Source: an uncultured Acidobacteriota bacterium
Lineage (GTDB): Bacteria > Acidobacteriota > Vicinamibacteria > Fen-336
Assembly (NCBI GenBank): GCA_963760685.1
Contig: CAVXEA010000003.1
Span: 181,378-245,377 of the forward strand
Length of the DNA stretch: 64,000 nucleotides
Direction: 5' to 3'
This document shows positions 58,386-64,000 of the stretch, piece by piece (the first letter of the stretch is position 1; each line of letters begins with the position of its first letter). Made by a program: the position numbers and the translations under genes. The notes under the pieces were generated by a model. It did no database searches. It worked only from the letters and a program-made list of their open reading frames with translations, and was not told where the DNA came from.

Positions 58386-59333
58386 TCAGTCCCCGGAGCT
58401 CGTCTCCGGTGTGGCTTCCGTGGCGCCCGTCGGGCGCAGCCGCCGCCCGCGCGCCGCGTACATCGTGCGGTCGGCTCGGCCCAGGACGGCGTCCAGCCCT
58501 TCCCCAGGTCGTCGGAAGGCTTTGCCCATGCTGAAGCCCGCGGGGCTGTCGAGGGCGGCCGCTTCGAGGAGGCGCTCGGAAACGGTGTCGGCCTCGGCCT
58601 CGGACTCGGCCTTCACGATGAGCGCGAACTCGTCTCCGCCGGTTCGCACCAGGATGTCGTCGGCGCGATGCTGTCGGCCCACGAAGTGCGCGAAGCCCCG
58701 CAAGACGCGGTCGCCCTCCTCGTGGCCGTAGGTGTCGTTGATGGCCTTGAAGCCGTCGAGGTCGAAGACCAGACAGGCCCAGCGCGAGGTGGGCCGCTCG
58801 AGATCGCTCCGGGCCGCCTCCAGATGGCGGCGGTTGTAGCAGCCGGTCAAGGGATCGCGATGGCTCAGCTCCTCGAGCCGCCGCTCCAGCTCCTTGCGTG
58901 CGGTCACGTCGCGCACGATCGAGCGCATCCGCCTCGGTATTCCGTTGGCGTCGAGCACGAACGAGCTCTGGGTCTCGGCCGCGAAGGTGGAGCCGTCCTT
59001 GCGCCTCATCCGAAACTCCAGGAGCTCCTGGCGGCCCGACTTCACGTAGCGGACGCCCTTGTCGAGGCTGGGCCCGACATAGCGGGCCAGGGCGGCCTGG
59101 ACCTCGTCGAGCTGGTCCTCCGCGAAGAGGGCCGTTCCCGGCAGTCCCGCCTGGACGTCCTCCGCCTCGTAGCCGAAGAGCAACTGGGCCATCCGGTTGA
59201 GGTACACCACCCGCTGCTCGACGATCTCGGTCTCCACGAAGGCATCGGGCAGGTGATCGAGCAGCTCGCGCACCTGCGCCTTCAGGTCGTCGATCTGGCG
59301 TAGCAGCTCCTCGCGTGCCGGGTCCTCGTCCAA
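58386..59333 (-). CDS. PAS-GGDEF diguanylate cyclase
   Basis: PAS region (YLNRMAQLLFGY, RRKDGS); DPLTGCYNRR, DLDGFK.INDTYGH..GD, RADD I-site, GGDEF; TTG start with GGAG upstream. Confidence 0.9.
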   Translation of the reverse strand: MDEDPAREELLRQIDDLKAQVRELLDHLPDAFVETEIVEQRVVYLNRMAQLLFGYEAEDVQAGLPGTALFAEDQLDEVQAALARYVGPSLDKGVRYVKSGRQELLEFRMRRKDGSTFAAETQSSFVLDANGIPRRMRSIVRDVTARKELERRLEELSHRDPLTGCYNRRHLEAARSDLERPTSRWACLVFDLDGFKAINDTYGHEEGDRVLRGFAHFVGRQHRADDILVRTGGDEFALIVKAESEAEADTVSERLLEAAALDSPAGFSMGKAFRRPGEGLDAVLGRADRTMYAARGRRLRPTGATEATPETSSGD

Positions 59334-59356
59334 TGGGCCGTCTCCGGGATCCGCCG

Positions 59357-59386
59357 AAGCTACCTGCCTCGGAGTGAGCTTGTCAA
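59357..59386 (-). promoter_or_regulatory. sigma70-type promoter for the PAS-GGDEF gene, inside the 3' end of the upstream gene
   Basis: TTGACA (59386-59381), 18 nt, TAGCTT (59362-59357). Confidence 0.55.
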
Positions 59387-60505
59387 CGCGCCGCGGGCCG
59401 AGTCCAGCAAGAGCTTCGGCGCGGCGCGGAGCAGGCGCCCTTTCAGACCGGCGTAGCCCTGATGGCCCAGGACGAGGTCGCCCAGGACGTCGCGCACCGA
59501 GGCGCTTCGCGCGGCGTAGGAGACCATGCGGCGGGTGAAGCCCGGCGCGTAGAAGCGGGCGTGGAGGCGGGCGGAGCGGAGGAGCTCGGAGCCGAAGTCG
59601 GCGAGGACCCGCTCCGGGTAGCGCGCGGGCGAGCCTTCGGCCCGGATCGTCTCGGCCAGGAGGCGCGCCGACCGCAGCGCGTAGTAGATGCCCTCGCCCG
59701 TGATCGGGTCGGCCAGGGCGGCGGCGTCGCCCAGGAGGGCCCAGCTTGCCCCCGCGATCTCCGCGAGCGACTGCGGATCCGCGGACGGCGAGGGGATCGT
59801 GTGCGCGTAGCGACCGTTCTCGTCGTCCACGAGCGCAGGATGGGATCGGGCGACCTCCGATTCGAGGCGAGCCAACAGGTCCCGCGAGGGTCCCGCGGTG
59901 AGGGGCGCACAGATGCCGACCCCCACGTGATCGCGCCTGGGGAAGAGCCAGAGATAGCCGGCCAGGCCAGGCGTGAAGCGCACGACCATCTCGGAGGTTC
60001 CCCGCGCGAACCAGCCGGTGGCCATGGTCCGCCTCGCGGCCGGGGTGGGTGAGAGGAACGTCCGCCGGACGAGGCTCCCGGCTCCGTCCGCGCCCACGAT
60101 GACGTCGAACCTCGATTCGTCGCCGGCCCCGGTGCGCACGAGCCCGGTCGCCTCCACCGCGACCACGCGCTTCTCGACGTGCAAGGCGCCGGCCGCCGTG
60201 GCGCGCCGGAGCAGCCACGCGTCGAGCTCGCGGCGGCTCGCGATGGCCACCGGCCTCGCGAGGGGGACGTCGACCCATTCCCCCTCGCCCGACTCGAACC
60301 GGCAAGCCTCGACCCGTCGGGCCGGCAAGGGGTCGTCGGCCGGGGCCGCGGGGAGCAGGCCGAGGGCCTTGGCCGTGAGCCCGCCGCCGCAGGGCTTTTC
60401 GCGCGGGTGAGACGCGTCGAAGACGGTCACCGCGGCGCCGTCGGAGGCCGCGTGGCAGGCGAACACCGCCCCGGCAGGCCCGGCGCCGACGACGGCGATC
60501 CTCAC
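59360..60505 (-). CDS. Geranylgeranyl-reductase-family FAD-dependent oxidoreductase
   Basis: VVGAGPAG, EKPCGGG, GADG, GYLWLFP, LGDAA...DPITGEGI. Confidence 0.88.
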   Translation of the reverse strand: MRIAVVGAGPAGAVFACHAASDGAAVTVFDASHPREKPCGGGLTAKALGLLPAAPADDPLPARRVEACRFESGEGEWVDVPLARPVAIASRRELDAWLLRRATAAGALHVEKRVVAVEATGLVRTGAGDESRFDVIVGADGAGSLVRRTFLSPTPAARRTMATGWFARGTSEMVVRFTPGLAGYLWLFPRRDHVGVGICAPLTAGPSRDLLARLESEVARSHPALVDDENGRYAHTIPSPSADPQSLAEIAGASWALLGDAAALADPITGEGIYYALRSARLLAETIRAEGSPARYPERVLADFGSELLRSARLHARFYAPGFTRRMVSYAARSASVRDVLGDLVLGHQGYAGLKGRLLRAAPKLLLDSARGALTSSLRGR

Positions 60506-60581
60506 CCGCCGCGCTGGACGCCGCGCGCACGTGCGTGGCCGCGCTCGAGAGCGGACGGCAGGGCTCGAACCCGTCGCGGGG

Positions 60582-61961
60582 TCAAGGGCCCGAAACCGCG
60601 AGCAGGGTGCGCTCGCGCCGCAGGGCGTAGGGCAAGGCGGAAACGAGGAGGAAGAACATCAGCACTTCGGAGTCGCCGAAATTGTACTCGAACAGTCCCG
60701 ACACCATGACCGCGAACCACGCAGCCAGGGCCGCGACCGCCACCCAGCCCGCCCCCCGCCGGTCAGGAGAGCCGAGGAGCCGGCGCGACTCGCCCCACGC
60801 GTCCATGAGCGCGCTCGCCATCCACCACAGCCAGAACAAGGCGCAGGGGATTCCGCGCTCGGCGGCGAGCTGGAGGGCGTTGTCGTGCAGGTGGGGGGCC
60901 TGGGCATTCGGGGCCTCAGGCCAGCGGTAGGACGGGTACTGGCTCAGGATCATCCCGGGTCCCTGGCCGAACACCGGCTTGTCGCGGATCATGTCGACTC
61001 CCGCGTGCCACATGTAGTAGCGATCGACGCTGCTCGCGTCGGTCAGGGTCAGGCGTTCCACCACGGACGCCGGCCGCACCACCACGAGGACCAGGGCGGC
61101 CGCGGCGAAGACGACGAGCGCCTTCCGCGCGCGGAGGAGGATCACGACGAAGGTCCCGACCGCGGCGCCGATCCAGGCATTCCGGGTGCGCGACACCGCG
61201 AGGGCCCAGGTCCCGAGGGGAAGCATGACCGCGGCCAGCACCGCTCCCGTCGCGGGCCCGGGCCAGGAGCCGCGGGCGACCGCCATCTTGCCCCCGGCCA
61301 GGACCAGGGCCAGGACCGCCAGCTGGGTGGCGCGAAGGCCCAGGCCCGCAGCGTACGCCACGGCGAGCAGGAGAAGGCCACCCGCGATTCCCGCAAGGAG
61401 GCGCCCGTCTGCGGGCGACCACCGCGGCCGCTCGCGCCCGAAGGCGAGGCGTGCCGCGGCCACGACGGTCGCGCTCATCACCAGGCCGGCCGCCGACATG
61501 TAGTGGCCGAGAAAGCCCGAGGGCCGGTTGTTGAAGCCATCGAAGCCCAGGACGTGGTACTGGAGCACCACGAAGCCGGCGAGGGCGATCCCGCCGAGGA
61601 GGGAGGCGCTCATGACGCGGTCCCGGATCCGCGGGTCCGCGAGTGAATCGACGGCCAGGAAGAAGACCCCCAGGAGCAGCAGCTTCTTCGAGTAGACGTG
61701 AGAGGCCGCGGGATCGGAAGAGAAGGAGGCGGAGAGCAGGGTCCAGACCGCGAAGGCGAGGATCGGCGCGCCCAAAGGGGTGCTCACGGGCGGAGTGCGG
61801 TCGAGCAGGAGTCGAACGAGCAGCACGCCGAGGGCGGCGTAGAGAAGGATCCCGCTCGCGAAGATGGACGCGAAGGCCGCGACGGCAAAACCGCCGAAGA
61901 GGCCGAGCTGGAGGCGCAGGAGATCGGCGCGCGGCGCCTTGAAGGAAGGGGCGGAGGGCAG
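60582..61961 (-). CDS. O-antigen ligase family membrane protein
   Basis: Many TMs; SRTRNAW; RYYMW..G..MIRDKPVFGQG; HLHDN; frame open up to CTG 61961. Confidence 0.85.
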   Translation of the reverse strand: MPSAPSFKAPRADLLRLQLGLFGGFAVAAFASIFASGILLYAALGVLLVRLLLDRTPPVSTPLGAPILAFAVWTLLSASFSSDPAASHVYSKKLLLLGVFFLAVDSLADPRIRDRVMSASLLGGIALAGFVVLQYHVLGFDGFNNRPSGFLGHYMSAAGLVMSATVVAAARLAFGRERPRWSPADGRLLAGIAGGLLLLAVAYAAGLGLRATQLAVLALVLAGGKMAVARGSWPGPATGAVLAAVMLPLGTWALAVSRTRNAWIGAAVGTFVVILLRARKALVVFAAAALVLVVVRPASVVERLTLTDASSVDRYYMWHAGVDMIRDKPVFGQGPGMILSQYPSYRWPEAPNAQAPHLHDNALQLAAERGIPCALFWLWWMASALMDAWGESRRLLGSPDRRGAGWVAVAALAAWFAVMVSGLFEYNFGDSEVLMFFLLVSALPYALRRERTLLAVSGP

Positions 61962-62132
61962 CTAGACCTCGATCTTGGCCTCTTCGGGGAGCATCACGGG
62001 GATGTCGTCGTCGACCGGGTACACGCGCCGGCATCCCGCACAGCGAAGGCCCTGTTCGTCCTCGGTGGGCAGGACCGGCGTCTTGCAGACGGGGCAGGCC
62101 AGGACCTCGAGCAGATCGGGATGTACGGGCAT
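61962..62132 (-). CDS. Trm112 family (YcaR-like) protein
   Basis: Hand translation: MPVHPDLLEVLACPVCKTPVLPTEDEQGLRCAGCRRVYPVDDDIPVMLPEEAKIEV. Confidence 0.93.
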   Translation of the reverse strand: MPVHPDLLEVLACPVCKTPVLPTEDEQGLRCAGCRRVYPVDDDIPVMLPEEAKIEV

Positions 62133-62255
62133 CTCGCGAGTCTAGCCCAGAACGGACCTCGGCCGTCCCTCCCTCGGGCTACAGTGCGGGGGTCGGAGTC
62201 CTCTCCCGCCGGCAAGAACCCTTGGAACGACAGGCAAACCTGATTGGAGGAAGCC

Positions 62256-62549
62256 ATGCGTGTGCAGTTCGTCGAGCGGGAGAACGGTCCGGAACGGTTG
62301 GTGTGCGAGGCGGAGGTGGTCTTCGACGAGGCGGACGAGCCTCTCTCGGGGATGAAGCTCGTGGGCTTTTCGCTCTGGCGGAGTCCCGAAGGAGAGGTGT
62401 TCGTGACCTTTCCGTCGCGGGCTTTCGGGGTGGGGGGCGAGCGCCGCTACTTCGATTACCTGCGGTCGGTCGAGGGCGGCGCCGCGGAAGGCAAGCGGGT
62501 GAAGGCGTGGATCCTCGAGGAGTTCGAGGCCCGCACGCGCGCGGCTTAG
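62256..62549 (+). CDS. Small protein resembling the SpoVG family
   Basis: GGAGG RBS; LSGMKLVGFSLWRSPEGEVFVTFPSRAF...RRYFDYLR parallels the SpoVG F-V-x-M-P-S-R motif. Confidence 0.6.
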   Translation: MRVQFVERENGPERLVCEAEVVFDEADEPLSGMKLVGFSLWRSPEGEVFVTFPSRAFGVGGERRYFDYLRSVEGGAAEGKRVKAWILEEFEARTRAA

Positions 62550-62564
62550 GGCCGGCACGGACCC

Positions 62565-62594
62565 CGGGGTTGCGCCCGTCCCGGCGCAACCCCG
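62565..62594 (+). terminator. GC-rich hairpin after the SpoVG-like gene
   Basis: cggggttgcgcc-cgtccc-ggcgcaaccccg (12-bp stem) followed by ttt. Confidence 0.55.
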
Positions 62595-62662
62595 TTTCCC
62601 CGAGCTTTGACTAGACCTCGGTCGCGGTGTGATGATTTCATGAGGGAGAGTGCCCCACGACC

Positions 62663-64000
62663 ATGTTTATTCTCGCCGCCTTGATCCTGATCGCACCGGC
62701 CTCGAAACCTCCTGTCCAAAGCGCGCCGAAGAACCCAGGCCAGGAGACGGGTAGCCGCAACGAGGCCTACTACCACTTCAGCCTCGGTCTCCAGGCTCGC
62801 TTCTCCGGAGACGGCGCGGTCGCCCTCGAGGAGTATCGACACGCCCAGAGGCTCGACCCACGGTCGGCCGACGTGCGGGTGGAGACGGCGCGCCTCCTCC
62901 GCGACATGGGCCGGATCGACGAGGCCCTCGTCGACGCGAACGAGGCAGTGAGGCTCGACCCGGAGAGCGCGGGCGCCTTCCTCACCCTCGGCCAGCTGCA
63001 CCAGCTGAAGGCCGAAGGGAAGGAAGCGGAGAACCAGATCAGACAGGCGGCCACCGCCTACGAGCAGGTGGTGAAGCTCGACCCCACCGACGTCACCACC
63101 CTGCTCGCGCTGGCCAGCATCTACGGCCAGCTCGGCGAGCACAAGGATGCGCTTCGGATCTGGGAGAGGTACCTCGAGCTCGACCCGGGCAACTTCGACG
63201 CCTACGTCAAGATGGGCGGCCATCTCCTGGCCTTGGGCGAGACGGACAAGGCGGCGGCGGCCCTCAAGACGGCGCTCGAGCTGCAGCCCGACTCCGCCCG
63301 CACCTACCAGGCCCTCGGGGACATCTACGCCAAGGCGACCCAGTCGGACCAGGCGGTCTTGAACTACCGGAAGGCCCTCGAGCTCGACCCCGCGAACATC
63401 CGCGTGCGCCTGGCCCTGGGCGAGATCCTGATCCGCTCCCGGCGGCCCAAGGAGGCGCTGGCCGAGGCCGACGCCGTGCTGAAGGCCGACACCAAGAATC
63501 GCTTCGCCCTCGACCTGCGCGGGCGCGCCCTTCGCGATCTGCGCGACTTCGACGGGGCCAAGGCCGCGGTCGACCAGCTCCTGGGTGAAGACGCGACCGA
63601 CCTCAAGGCCACCTATCTGAAGGTGACTATCGCCGAGGCGCGTCGCGACTTCGCCGCCGCCGCCGCCATTCTCGAGGAGATCCTCAACCGAAAGCGTGCG
63701 GGCGAGGACCCGGAGGAAGCGGCCAGCAACGATCGCGTCTTCCTGATCCACCTGGGCTTCGCCTACCAGCAGCAGAGCCGTTTCGCGGATGCGGCGCAGG
63801 CCTTCGCGCGCGCGGCGGCGACCGGCGGCGAGCCCGATGCGACTCTGCTCGGGTACCGCGCCGAGGCGCTCTTCCTGGCGAAGGACCTCGATGCGGCGCT
63901 CACCGCCACGCGAGCGGCCCGCGCCAAGTTCCCCGACGAGTCCGACCTCGCGAGCCTCGAGGCCACGATCCTGCGCGCGAAGGGCGACCAGGCAGCCGCC
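62663..64000 (+). CDS. Exported TPR-repeat protein; runs off the window end
   Basis: Hand translation from ATG 62663: MFILAALILIAPAS...EAYYHFSLG...EEYRHAQRLDP..., continuous TPRs to the edge; not in the ORF track. Confidence 0.88.
   Translation, partial: MFILAALILIAPASKPPVQSAPKNPGQETGSRNEAYYHFSLGLQARFSGDGAVALEEYRHAQRLDPRSADVRVETARLLRDMGRIDEALVDANEAVRLDPESAGAFLTLGQLHQLKAEGKEAENQIRQAATAYEQVVKLDPTDVTTLLALASIYGQLGEHKDALRIWERYLELDPGNFDAYVKMGGHLLALGETDKAAAALKTALELQPDSARTYQALGDIYAKATQSDQAVLNYRKALELDPANIRVRLALGEILIRSRRPKEALAEADAVLKADTKNRFALDLRGRALRDLRDFDGAKAAVDQLLGEDATDLKATYLKVTIAEARRDFAAAAAILEEILNRKRAGEDPEEAASNDRVFLIHLGFAYQQQSRFADAAQAFARAAATGGEPDATLLGYRAEALFLAKDLDAALTATRAARAKFPDESDLASLEATILRAKGDQAAA

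Noticed and set aside
62180-62216. tRNA T-arm/acceptor-like string GGGGG-TCGGAGT-CCTCT-CCCGCCGGCA
   Set aside because: No matching 5' acceptor strand, D-arm or anticodon arm upstream; no CCA; no integrase nearby

Overview
GC-rich bacterial chromosomal segment. Gene content suggests Acidobacteriota, possibly Vicinamibacteria; this is inference, as no marker gene is present. About 45 protein-coding loci are recognisable, mostly metabolic or envelope genes: an Rrf2 regulator, two fatty-acid desaturases, one M14 and two M20 peptidases, two GH13 enzymes, a ribose-type ABC transporter, rfbA, ettA, a radical SAM protein, a PAS-GGDEF protein and an O-antigen-ligase-like protein. Five Hanks-type Ser/Thr kinases occur with five different sensor architectures. 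The most unusual is kinase - STAND NTPase - 3 TM - TPR - PDZ - Sel1. About 16 genes are broken by single-base frameshifts, best explained as long-read consensus errors. Two regions differ in carrying large internal deletions that stitch gene fragments together: 4.5-7.6 kb (type I RM plus toxin-antitoxin remnants) and 29.2-29.4 kb (Nramp-like transporter). I found no rRNA, tRNA, CRISPR array, integrase or transposase. One REP-like palindrome lies at 47313-47364. Family assignments come from motif recognition by eye, not database searches.
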